This document shows positions 19,041-27,354 of a stretch of DNA of 64,000 nucleotides, piece after piece. Origin of the DNA: Ostreococcus lucimarinus (lineage: Eukaryota); NCBI GenBank assembly GCA_000092065.1, contig CP000589.1; one strand, 5' to 3'. How positions within the stretch are numbered: the stretch's first letter is position 1; the number at the start of each line of letters is the position of its first letter. The position numbers were made by a program, and so were the translations under genes. The notes under the pieces were generated by a model. The model did no database searches. It saw only the letters and a list, made by a program, of their open reading frames with translations, and had not been told where the DNA came from.

Positions 19041-20039
19041 ATGCCCGACGCCGAATTGGACGATCGCGACTGCCTCACGCGCTTCGCCGCGCACCACCGC
19101 GACGTGTTCAACAAGGAGATTTTGTCCAAGATGAAGACGCCGCGTCGCGCGTGCCCGTGCGGGCGCGCGAACGAAGTGCCCAGTTGCAGAATTCACTACG
19201 CCGTTTTGCGGTGCGTGAACCGCACGTTCAGGAAGTTGCTGCCGCCGTACGAGGAGGTGATGGCGAAGAAGAACGAACTGCTCGTGTGGGATCGCGTCAC
19301 GGGTAGACCAGGGGTTTCGAAAAGCGAATTACAACGTTACGTCTGCATGCACGCCGCGCCGAAATTGATGGAAAAGACGATTCGCGCGCGCGACGAGGCG
19401 GGCGACAGGCTGTGGTGGGCGGTGAAAGAAACACTCGATGATATGGCCGCAGGTCGAGATAACCCTAAGTATGAGTGCGAGGTGTGCGGGAAGTTCGTAT
19501 GCGTCTTCTGTGGCGCGGCTTGTGCGTGTCCAGAATGCAACGACGTGCGAACGTGCCGAGAATGTGCCGAGACGTATGAAAACTTTACGTTCTGCAAGTC
19601 TTGCAAAATCGCGTACTGCAACGATGGCGATGAGTACGACGATGAAAGTAATTGTGACAAAGACATAGTATACTGCTCAGAATGCGATAGATTCCGTTGC
19701 TCGGACGATTGTCAGAACGACCTGATGTTCTGCGAAATATGTTCCGACGCGGACCCATTTTGCTTGGACTGCACATGGCGCCATCATGTCAATTGTGACG
19801 GGTGCGGTGGACATCTCATGTGTGAAGGACACAACGAGGTCGATGAATATCTAACATACGTGGGCGACGACGACGATCAACCAGAAGGGTACTGGTATCT
19901 GTGCGATAGTTGTCTGAATCCACGCCCGTGGAAGCCGCCGATCGAGAAACCTCCACGAAAGGCGCCGATCAAGAAACCGAGAAGCCCAAGCGTTTCGCCT
20001 CGCATGTCGTTCTCAAGCTGCACGGACGACATCGACTGA
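19041..20039 (+). CDS. CxxC-rich zinc-ribbon-array protein with F-box-like N-terminal segment
   Basis: The upstream ATG 18903 overlaps the previous gene, so ATG 19041 is the more likely start. There are ten CxxC pairs between nt 19470 and 19915 (CEVC, CVFC, CPEC, CREC, CKSC, CSEC, CEIC, CLDC, CDGC, CDSC). The N-terminal segment is YAVLRCVNRTFRKLLPP and the tail is Pro/Lys-rich. Confidence 0.6.
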   Translation: MPDAELDDRDCLTRFAAHHRDVFNKEILSKMKTPRRACPCGRANEVPSCRIHYAVLRCVNRTFRKLLPPYEEVMAKKNELLVWDRVTGRPGVSKSELQRYVCMHAAPKLMEKTIRARDEAGDRLWWAVKETLDDMAAGRDNPKYECEVCGKFVCVFCGAACACPECNDVRTCRECAETYENFTFCKSCKIAYCNDGDEYDDESNCDKDIVYCSECDRFRCSDDCQNDLMFCEICSDADPFCLDCTWRHHVNCDGCGGHLMCEGHNEVDEYLTYVGDDDDQPEGYWYLCDSCLNPRPWKPPIEKPPRKAPIKKPRSPSVSPRMSFSSCTDDID

Positions 20040-20089
20040 AGGTGAATATGGAACTATCATCACGATTCAACGACGTAGCATTACAATTT

Positions 20090-20824
20090 TCATTGAAAGC
20101 ATTCGACTAACTCGCAACCGAGGATTTGCCACCCGAGCGACTCTCGAATCCTACGCAACCGCTTACTCTGCTCGCCCAAATCGCTCACGGGCGTCATGAA
20201 AGGATAGACATACTTCACATCCATCGCGAACGAGCGATACAACACCAACGGCCCATTGCCTTCGTCGCCACTCCAGTTTCTATCGCTCACCGGCTCGTTC
20301 TTCACCCAAAATTCGACGACGTCGTCGCCGAGTTTGCCCGGCACGGAAAATCCAACGAACGAGCCCTCCGCCCGATCCTCTCGCATAATTAATTTAGAGT
20401 TCTCCACCGATTCCAACGTCGCGTCCACGAGCGCGTTCGCGGCGTCCTTCGCGTCGCGAAACGTATTCGGCGCCGTCCAAGGCGACGCGTACTTGTCGCT
20501 CTCGCGCGACGACGTGCTCACGCAGTTGTGTTCGCGCGGACAGCCACGCACGCGCCCCGGAGGCTGTAAACCGAGCTCAAGCTCGCCCTCGGGCTCCATG
20601 ATCGTGCGCGCGTTCGTTTGCGCGCGCGCTGTGGGCGCGAACGCCGTCGCGACGAGCGCAGCGCTGGAAAACAAGATGGATCTTCTGTCGCGACGTGCGA
20701 GCGTCGATGGCGTCGACGCCGACGATGTGACCGGCGATGTGACGGACGACGAAGCGCGCGTCGAGTTTTGTATCGCGCGTAGTGCGCGGTCGCATCCGGG
20801 GACGGTCGCGAGTTGGGCGCGCAT
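20090..20824 (-). CDS. DUF1499-type thylakoid-lumen protein with twin-arginine signal
   Basis: ATG at 20824. An S/T-rich transit region is followed by ARRDRRSILFSSAALVATAFAPTARA. The mature part contains GCPREHNCVSTSS..KYASPW. Confidence 0.7.
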   Translation of the reverse strand: MRAQLATVPGCDRALRAIQNSTRASSSVTSPVTSSASTPSTLARRDRRSILFSSAALVATAFAPTARAQTNARTIMEPEGELELGLQPPGRVRGCPREHNCVSTSSRESDKYASPWTAPNTFRDAKDAANALVDATLESVENSKLIMREDRAEGSFVGFSVPGKLGDDVVEFWVKNEPVSDRNWSGDEGNGPLVLYRSFAMDVKYVYPFMTPVSDLGEQSKRLRRIRESLGWQILGCELVECFQ

Positions 20825-20893
20825 GGCGAGTGTCGCTGTGAGGGGTGGCGGCGAATTTGTTTCTTACACTGTACAGTACACTGTTTCATCGCT

Positions 20894-23800
20894 TCATTCG
20901 TTGTCGCGGGGATCCACGAGCTCGTACGATGCGTCCGCCTCTTCGTTGAGCATGCGATCGATTTCATCGAGACGCTCGGCGAGCGTTTCGTCTCCATCTT
21001 CGTCGCCCATCGGCGCCGACGGTTTTCCATCGAAATCGCATCCAGTATACGAGTCATTCAACCGGCAGTAATCGATGAGACTCCTCCAGTGCACGTCGTG
21101 GCTCAAGATGTGAGGATTACCCACGATGATCAAGAGTGACATTGCGCGCGTCACGGCAACGTTGAATCGCTTTGGATTCGCCATGAAACCGAGGCGATGG
21201 CGAGCGTCAAACTTCAAATGGGCAGTGTCGCTGCGAACGGTTGATAAGATGACTACGCTAAACTCTTGTCCTTGCAAGAGTTCAGTCGAACCCACGGTGA
21301 CTCCAGAAATCTTTTTCGCTTCGAGGTGTTTCATCATCTTCAGTTTTTGCTTGTGATACGGTGTACAGATGGCGATGTCTTTGGCTGTCAAACCCGTGTT
21401 CTTTCGGTCCAAAATTTTCGTGATCCACGAGCTCACTCGAAGTATCTCGTCGGGATTAAACCAAGATGGCGAATTCGCCTCTCGGAGTTCTTCGCCCATG
21501 ACACCGTCGAAAACGACTGGAAACGATGGATTCGGAAGCTCTTCCCATCCCTTGAAAATGTTCGTCCGCATGGGATCGGCGCAACATTCCAGCCTGTCAA
21601 AGTAGAATAACTTCGACGGAATTTCGATGATGCACGCGTGCGAGCGATAATTTTTCGTGAGCATGCACACTTTACTTGGCTCAAACGTACCGTCCGCGCG
21701 AACGCTATACGGAGTCTCAGTGTACGGCGCCGGAGGTAAGCACAGACGCTCGAGCATACTGACTTCCAAAGCTCTCGATTCCTTGGCTTGCACCAGCGGT
21801 CCCAGCTGTCGGGCGTCGCCGGCCAGAACCAGACGCCCTTTTTTTGGCTCTAATACGCTGACGATGGCGGTGAGAAGTTCGGGCTCCGATGCATGACCTG
21901 CTTCATCGATGATGACATTTTCAAAGCGACGCTCCGGCGATAAAATGAACACTTTCCTCGCTTTCCCTTTTCCGTACTCACCAGAGTCTCGAAACGTCCG
22001 CGTGAGTCTCTGCGCCGTAATCGGTGTCATGGCAACCACTCGAGCTCGCATGAATCTCTCAACAGTCGGCGGACAAAAAACGTTTGCAGTACTATCGTAG
22101 TTTGAGACGTCTAAGAGCTTCGATGGCACCTGATCGGGCATTCGAGAGAAATTGTAGACGCGATACGCTTCGCTCTTTGGAACGCCACCGTGCTCGATGA
22201 CGCGTGAGATGAACAAGTCACACGCCGCGTTACTTGGAGCCATCAACAAGACTCTTCCGCCAGTTTTATACATCTGCGCCGCTATCTCCACGACAGTAGT
22301 CGTCTTACCAGTACCAGGAGGTCCAAAAATGATGAATGGAGATTGTGAACGCGGCGCCATCGCGTTCGCAACTGCGAGCTTTTGTTCCTCGTTTAAGCGC
22401 CGATTCAACATTTTCAGATCTGATCTGCCAGTCGCGTCTACGTCGAGATCGTCGCCAAACTTTGGAAGCAAAAATGACTCATACGACGAAGATTTCAGAG
22501 AGTCTTTAATCGCGCCATGCATGAGTTCTATCGCGGTGCGCGACACTTCAAACGACACGTCAGCCTTGACCCCATTGATGTATGCTTTCGTGAAACCAGG
22601 ATGGAATCGGCACACGATGTGCTCAGCTTCCACGAATTCAACTTTCCCTCGAAATGAGCTTTTAGCCGTGGACAAATCGACGATGATCGAGTCGCCACGA
22701 AGCACCGATGGACGAGCTTCAGCGAGGCCTGGGACGAAAAGTCTATACATGGCTTTGGAATTGGTCTGCGAGAGCGCGACGTTGTGCATATCGTACAATC
22801 TCACGTTTTTGGTCGCCTGCACTTCTTCCATCATGAGCAGCTGACGAAAGAACTGAGCGTAATTCGTCTTCGAGAGATACTTTTGTCCGGTTTCTAGCAT
22901 TTCAGTAACAGAAGATGCCTGTGGTTCCTCGCCGTCGAGCGCTTTCCGAATGTCAGCCATGGGAACGGAAAGCGGAGCCGGCCAGAAGAACTTTGTCTTC
23001 GCGTTTAAAACCTCTTTCGAAGGGCCTGGATCGACGACTTTCTTCGACCCCTTCACCAAACTCGAATTTTTCTGCTGTTTCGGATACGCGAACGCGCTCG
23101 TCGGCCCGAGCGCGATTCGTTCCGCGCTCTCCTGCGCGCTTTCCCTCGCTCGAAGACGCAGCACGAGCACCGAGAGCGTAATCTCGCCCGACTCGACGTC
23201 GTCTTGATACGTTCGATACGAGAAGACGAGTGAAACGTCGTGCACCCCCGCCTTCAAATCCTTCGCCCAATCATCTCTCAAACACACGGCGTTCTCCACC
23301 TCCAGCATTCCTCCCTCCTTCACCTCTCCCTCGAACGTTTTCAGCGTCGGCTCCTCCAACACGCGATCGCCCAAATCGTCTCGGGCGAGCCCGAACGCGC
23401 CGAACAAAACCGTCACCTTCTCCCCCGCATCGATCGGCAATTTCAGCACCACCGACGCGCTTTTCAAATCCGACGCCGACGAGATCTTTCGCGGCACCAG
23501 CGTCTCCTTCGGCGTCGCCTCCGCGCCCGCCTCCGCGCTTCGTCGAAACGTCGCCGCTCGATGTTTCGCGCCGCGCTCGTGCTCCTCTCGTCCGCACGCC
23601 GGCACGTCCACGTCGCACACGTCGCATCGATACGCCCCTAACAGCGCGTCTCGCGCGTCTCTCGCGTTCGAGCGGTGCGCCCTCGTGCGCTCGTGCTCGA
23701 ACCGCGCGCGCGCGGGCATCGACGCATCGCACGCGACGCATCGCCAGGTCAACGAGTCGCGCGTCCGCAGCTTGGCGCGATGCCGCGCGCCGCGCTCGTG

Positions 23801-23938
23801 CGTCGGCATCAAGCGCGCGGGAACGTCGCAATCGCACACTTCGCATCGCGTCGGCGCGCGCGCGCCGTCGACGGGCATGACGCGCGCGCGCGGCGCGATG
23901 TGACGAGTCTCGGAGATCGACGCGACGAGGGGTGCCAT
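20894..23938 (-). CDS. MOV10/SDE3/Armitage-like SF1 RNA helicase with three N-terminal C2H2 zinc fingers
   Basis: Helicase motifs: IIFGPPGTGKTTT, VIIDEAGHASEPE, LVLAGDARQLGP, LTKNYRSH, ICTPYHKQ, GQEFSVVILSTVRS, NVAVTRA. Three C-x2-C-x11-H-x5-H fingers lie at nt 23561-23845. The track start 24067 is GTG; the first ATG is at 23938. Confidence 0.85.
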   Translation of the reverse strand: MAPLVASISETRHIAPRARVMPVDGARAPTRCEVCDCDVPARLMPTHERGARHRAKLRTRDSLTWRCVACDASMPARARFEHERTRAHRSNARDARDALLGAYRCDVCDVDVPACGREEHERGAKHRAATFRRSAEAGAEATPKETLVPRKISSASDLKSASVVLKLPIDAGEKVTVLFGAFGLARDDLGDRVLEEPTLKTFEGEVKEGGMLEVENAVCLRDDWAKDLKAGVHDVSLVFSYRTYQDDVESGEITLSVLVLRLRARESAQESAERIALGPTSAFAYPKQQKNSSLVKGSKKVVDPGPSKEVLNAKTKFFWPAPLSVPMADIRKALDGEEPQASSVTEMLETGQKYLSKTNYAQFFRQLLMMEEVQATKNVRLYDMHNVALSQTNSKAMYRLFVPGLAEARPSVLRGDSIIVDLSTAKSSFRGKVEFVEAEHIVCRFHPGFTKAYINGVKADVSFEVSRTAIELMHGAIKDSLKSSSYESFLLPKFGDDLDVDATGRSDLKMLNRRLNEEQKLAVANAMAPRSQSPFIIFGPPGTGKTTTVVEIAAQMYKTGGRVLLMAPSNAACDLFISRVIEHGGVPKSEAYRVYNFSRMPDQVPSKLLDVSNYDSTANVFCPPTVERFMRARVVAMTPITAQRLTRTFRDSGEYGKGKARKVFILSPERRFENVIIDEAGHASEPELLTAIVSVLEPKKGRLVLAGDARQLGPLVQAKESRALEVSMLERLCLPPAPYTETPYSVRADGTFEPSKVCMLTKNYRSHACIIEIPSKLFYFDRLECCADPMRTNIFKGWEELPNPSFPVVFDGVMGEELREANSPSWFNPDEILRVSSWITKILDRKNTGLTAKDIAICTPYHKQKLKMMKHLEAKKISGVTVGSTELLQGQEFSVVILSTVRSDTAHLKFDARHRLGFMANPKRFNVAVTRAMSLLIIVGNPHILSHDVHWRSLIDYCRLNDSYTGCDFDGKPSAPMGDEDGDETLAERLDEIDRMLNEEADASYELVDPRDNE

Positions 23939-24022
23939 GTTTTTTTGACGCGACGGGACTGGACGCGTCGACGCGACGAGGGGTGCCGTGGTTTTTCGAC
24001 GACGCGACGGGACTGGACGCGC
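23918..24022. repeat. tandem duplication, 2 x ~51-54 bp, spanning the helicase start codon
   Basis: Copy 1 is cgacgcgacgaggggtgccatgtttttttgacgcgacgggactggacgcg. Copy 2 is cgacgcgacgaggggtgccgtggtttttcgacgacgcgacgggactggacgcg. Only copy 1 carries the ATG (catggcacc on the minus strand). Confidence 0.8.
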
Positions 24023-24038
24023 GCGTCGAGACGAGCGC

Positions 24039-24176
24039 GGGAGAGAAGAGAAAATTGCGTCGATCACACGAAGGAAGCGCGCGCGCGCCGGGTGCTCGAG
24101 ACGCGAGCGAAGCGACGCGCGCTCAACCGAGGGCGGTTAAACCGCTGGTGCCGAGCGTCTCGAGCTTTTCGAACGC
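24039..24176. repeat. direct repeat copy A (138 bp), partner of 27355..27463
   Basis: 24056-24087 equals 27370-27401 (32/32 nt) and 24115-24176 equals 27402-27463 (62/62 nt). Copy A has a 27-nt insert (24088-24114). The left ends are degenerate (gggagagaagagaaaat versus gggagaagagaagag). Confidence 0.9.
24123..24176 (-). pseudogene. orphan duplicate of the last 17 codons plus stop of the APX gene
   Basis: The minus strand reads gcg ttc gaa aag ctc gag acg ctc ggc acc agc ggt tta acc gcc ctc ggt tga (AFEKLETLGTSGLTALG*). This is identical to APX 27410-27463, but here it lies 3.3 kb from any peroxidase body. Confidence 0.8.
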
Positions 24177-24249
24177 TTTTCGAACGATGGTAGATTTCCC
24201 GGTACGAGCCAGACCCTTGACGTAAAACACGACGTCCCAACCGTCATGA

Positions 24250-26874
24250 TTAAGAAAACGCGAGTAGATTTTCAACGGTCACACGGCGCGTCTTGACAAT
24301 CGCCAACAACTCAACTGAAGCGATGGACACCAAAAGGAAGAAAAACGCGGCGTTACCACCCGCTTGAGACAAAACTTGAAGCGGAGGTAGCTTGTACTTC
24401 CGTGTACACGAGTATGGGAAATTTTCTTTAGTCCAGGCACACATTCGATCGCGACCGATTTCATCAAAAATTGTGCGGAACGTGTTCAAGACGAGCGCGT
24501 CATTTCGATCCATCACTGCCGTATAGCTCACCGCGATGCCGCCCGCTTTATATTCATCTGTTGTGAGTATCAAGGAGCCATGTACTGTTCCGCTGATGTG
24601 GTTGGTAAAATTGGTTTGCTGATTTTGAAAAAAGGTGTCGAAAGTAGCGTTCACCGTGCCCATCATATTTGCGTAGTACTTGTATGAAGGACCAAATCTG
24701 CCCCACGGACGGAGGTAAGCCGATGGCTGCCGCCCATAATCCGCGTCACTATAGCTCAATATCCCTTGGCCAGGTCCAAATGAAGGCGTGGACTGCTCAA
24801 GCTCGCTTAAACCCGAGTTCGTCAGCGATGGTTCTTCGATTTTGGCTAAACATTCATCGTATGTCCAATTCTTGCCATACCAGATAGCGTCCTTCAATGG
24901 ACGACACGTGAAACCTTCCTTTTCGAGGACATTTTCTACCACCGTTTCCGTAAACTCCTGAGTCGCGTAAAACTGCAGGAGCAACGCAAATACAATCAAA
25001 GAGGCTGCCCCGAGAACAAAGCACACTAAAAGTGTGCGTATAGGTGACATGACGAGGTCCAGATCGGTCACTCGGAACCACTTGTCCTCCATCGGTAAAC
25101 GTGCCTTCCAGCCCAGAGGATTGCTCGCGGGGAGGCGCTTGATTATGATGGCCACTATCCACATGAGGCTTGCGGCGATGAACTGAGCGTTACCATATGA
25201 GAGAGAGAGGCGCGTGAGTGTATCGGGCGGGCCTGACTTTTTGCACTCGTACGGCGAGTTTTCCTTCGTGAAAAGGCACACCTCGTCGCCTGCGACATCC
25301 ATCATGGCTTTCCACACCTCGACTGCATCCGCCTTGAGTGCGTCTGTCCATGAGTTGGAAGGTGCATTGATTAGAATACGAGTCGACTGGGGTTTTCCTC
25401 CAACGAGAAACGAAGCCGGATCTTCCCAGTGATCGAGATCGGTCGTCGCGCTGTATTGAGTCAGCGTAGCGTTTGGGCGTTCTTTGCCCCAAAACGCTTG
25501 CGATGAAACGCCTTCTTTGGATGCATTAAACGGAACATATTTCGCTTTGATTGGGACCGGATTCGGCATGTTCAATGGATCGCCCTGCCAGGATTCGAAA
25601 TTAATATTATCCACCGTGATGTCCTGTAAAGCAGCCTTGCAGTCGTCGAACGTATATCGCACACCGTAACCGAGGTTGTCTGTCGTCAACGGCGTGCAGT
25701 TGTATCCAGGCATTGCCCAAGAACCTGTGATTTGAATATCGGTGATGTACTGCGAAGTCGACGAAAAGTACTGGTAAAACCATGCAAACGTTCCTACACC
25801 GACGGCACAGATGGTAAGCGAAAAGAAACCAACGACCAGCGTGTTCGACACGAATTCGAGCGGCTCCTCGTCGTAAAATTCGGGAGGAAAAGATAACTTT
25901 TCAATCCAGGTTTTCTCATTGGTAGCCTTTGGAGCTTTGCGGAAAAAGCCTATGAAGGTGGGTAAAGTAGCAAGGAACACGGTGATCACGAGCCCAGCAT
26001 TATTATTCGACAGACCAATCATTTCTAAAGCAGTCATTCTTTTCGACTTCAAACACTTGTACGGCAAGTTGTGCTTGGTGAATTCGCACACGTCGCCTCC
26101 ATTGACGTATTCAATCGTCTTGCTGAACAACTGCAAGAAATGAGCCGCGCTGGTGTTAAAAGTCTCGCAATCGCCGACGATTCCATTGGTGCTGCCACCT
26201 CCGGAACGCCTGATTTGGCCCGCGTTGCACGTCGCGCCAGACGGGTTTGGGTACTGCCTGCAGTCGCCGTTGTTTACAACTTGATTGATGTATGTTTCAA
26301 TTTCTGGCGTACGTGATTCCGGAAGCTTTGGCCAAATACCTCGATGGGCTTGAACACTACCGAACGGATTGTAATACACCGAATTCTTCACCGAGCAGTT
26401 ATAGGGTATAGTGCCCCCGTTACTATAGTCAGTACGTGTCAGGTAACCTCCAGCGGCGATAGCCTCTGCATTGGCGATATCAAAGCCAATTGCACTCTCT
26501 GTCAATGGCACTATCTTCGTTAAACACTCTTCGTACGTATAGTTTAACCCGTAAAATTCATCCGGGCTCAACGGCGCGCAGTCGTAGCCAGCGATCGCCG
26601 TGGAGTCGCTGATGATCGTATCCGTCACCCAGCGCGCTTCGTCCGCGTAGTAAAACAACGACCCGATGAATGCCAAGGTAGCGAGCGTGTGCATCGTCAC
26701 CGCCCCGCCGTAGGCCATCCACACTGGTCCTTTGAATTCGAGATACCGCTCGCGCGCCCAATAAATTTCAGGTACTGGAAGTCTTCGTATGAATCGCTCG
26801 ACGGAGCCCCTCGCCTTGCGCGCGCGCTGCTTGATCGACGAGGGCGCCGGGGCCGATGCCGACGCGTGCGTCAT
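24250..26874 (-). CDS. six-TM membrane glycoprotein made of three tandem TM-Cys-ectodomain-TM modules; family not recognised
   Basis: The track start 26904 is TTG; ATG at 26874 (MTHASASAP). Modules span about nt 26793-25939, 25938-25138 and 25137-24253. First shared motif: GYDCAPLSPDEFYGLNYTYEECLTKI / GYNCTPLTTDNLGYGVRYTFDDCKAAL / GFTCRPLKDAIWYGKNWTYDECLAKI. Second shared motif: GDVCEFTKHNLPYKC / DEVCLFTKENSPYEC / DRMCAWTKENFPYSC. Each module is flanked by hydrophobic helices, and there are many N-x-S/T sites. Confidence 0.75.
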   Translation of the reverse strand: MTHASASAPAPSSIKQRARKARGSVERFIRRLPVPEIYWARERYLEFKGPVWMAYGGAVTMHTLATLAFIGSLFYYADEARWVTDTIISDSTAIAGYDCAPLSPDEFYGLNYTYEECLTKIVPLTESAIGFDIANAEAIAAGGYLTRTDYSNGGTIPYNCSVKNSVYYNPFGSVQAHRGIWPKLPESRTPEIETYINQVVNNGDCRQYPNPSGATCNAGQIRRSGGGSTNGIVGDCETFNTSAAHFLQLFSKTIEYVNGGDVCEFTKHNLPYKCLKSKRMTALEMIGLSNNNAGLVITVFLATLPTFIGFFRKAPKATNEKTWIEKLSFPPEFYDEEPLEFVSNTLVVGFFSLTICAVGVGTFAWFYQYFSSTSQYITDIQITGSWAMPGYNCTPLTTDNLGYGVRYTFDDCKAALQDITVDNINFESWQGDPLNMPNPVPIKAKYVPFNASKEGVSSQAFWGKERPNATLTQYSATTDLDHWEDPASFLVGGKPQSTRILINAPSNSWTDALKADAVEVWKAMMDVAGDEVCLFTKENSPYECKKSGPPDTLTRLSLSYGNAQFIAASLMWIVAIIIKRLPASNPLGWKARLPMEDKWFRVTDLDLVMSPIRTLLVCFVLGAASLIVFALLLQFYATQEFTETVVENVLEKEGFTCRPLKDAIWYGKNWTYDECLAKIEEPSLTNSGLSELEQSTPSFGPGQGILSYSDADYGRQPSAYLRPWGRFGPSYKYYANMMGTVNATFDTFFQNQQTNFTNHISGTVHGSLILTTDEYKAGGIAVSYTAVMDRNDALVLNTFRTIFDEIGRDRMCAWTKENFPYSCTRKYKLPPLQVLSQAGGNAAFFFLLVSIASVELLAIVKTRRVTVENLLAFS

Positions 26875-27354
26875 GATGAACGACGGGCTTCCGCGCGCGG
26901 GCAATTTTGCGATGACCGTGCTCTCCGATCTGACGTGTCGACGTAATTACCCTAACGACTCCTCACTCGGTCCCCCCTAATTGAATGCGAATGGAGAGGA
27001 AGTGACTAACATATAATGTGGTTTTTAGAGGTATCATATCAGTATCGAGCCCTGGCTCAAGGGCACGCTGGACTGAGTTACCGTGCGCAATGATACATTA
27101 ATTGCATTACTAGGGATTTCGAAAATAATGTATGAGGGTAAAATAGTGAATTTAATTAACCTAGAGACGTCTTGTCGCGCCGGCGCGCGCCACTTCGCGC
27201 CGCGCGCGCGTCCGGGCGGCGCGGAGTCAACCGATGTTTCCGTGTATCGTGATATCCGACCGTTTAAGTTTGAATTCCACGCGTGGGTGTTGACGGAAGA
27301 CGACCGTTGGAGCTCGATGGGCACGTTAACTTTTGGGCCAGATTCTGTCGCGAC

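Noticed and set aside
26860-26877. 18-nt identity (cgacgcgtgcgtcatgat) shared with 33496-33513. Both span a start codon and give proteins beginning MTHAS.
   Set aside because: The match does not extend on either side and is made of the CG-rich words that dominate this genome. The expected number of chance 18-mers is not negligible given the compositional bias. There is no other similarity between the two genes.
24177-27354. Horizontal-transfer or viral origin of the inserted segment, inferred from lower GC content.
   Set aside because: Other long genes in the window (helicase, VPS18, the CABIN1-like gene) and several convergent spacers (32071-32199, 46629-46716, 57841-57958) are similarly less GC-rich. 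Composition alone therefore does not discriminate. No viral hallmark genes, integrase, TIRs or LTRs are present.
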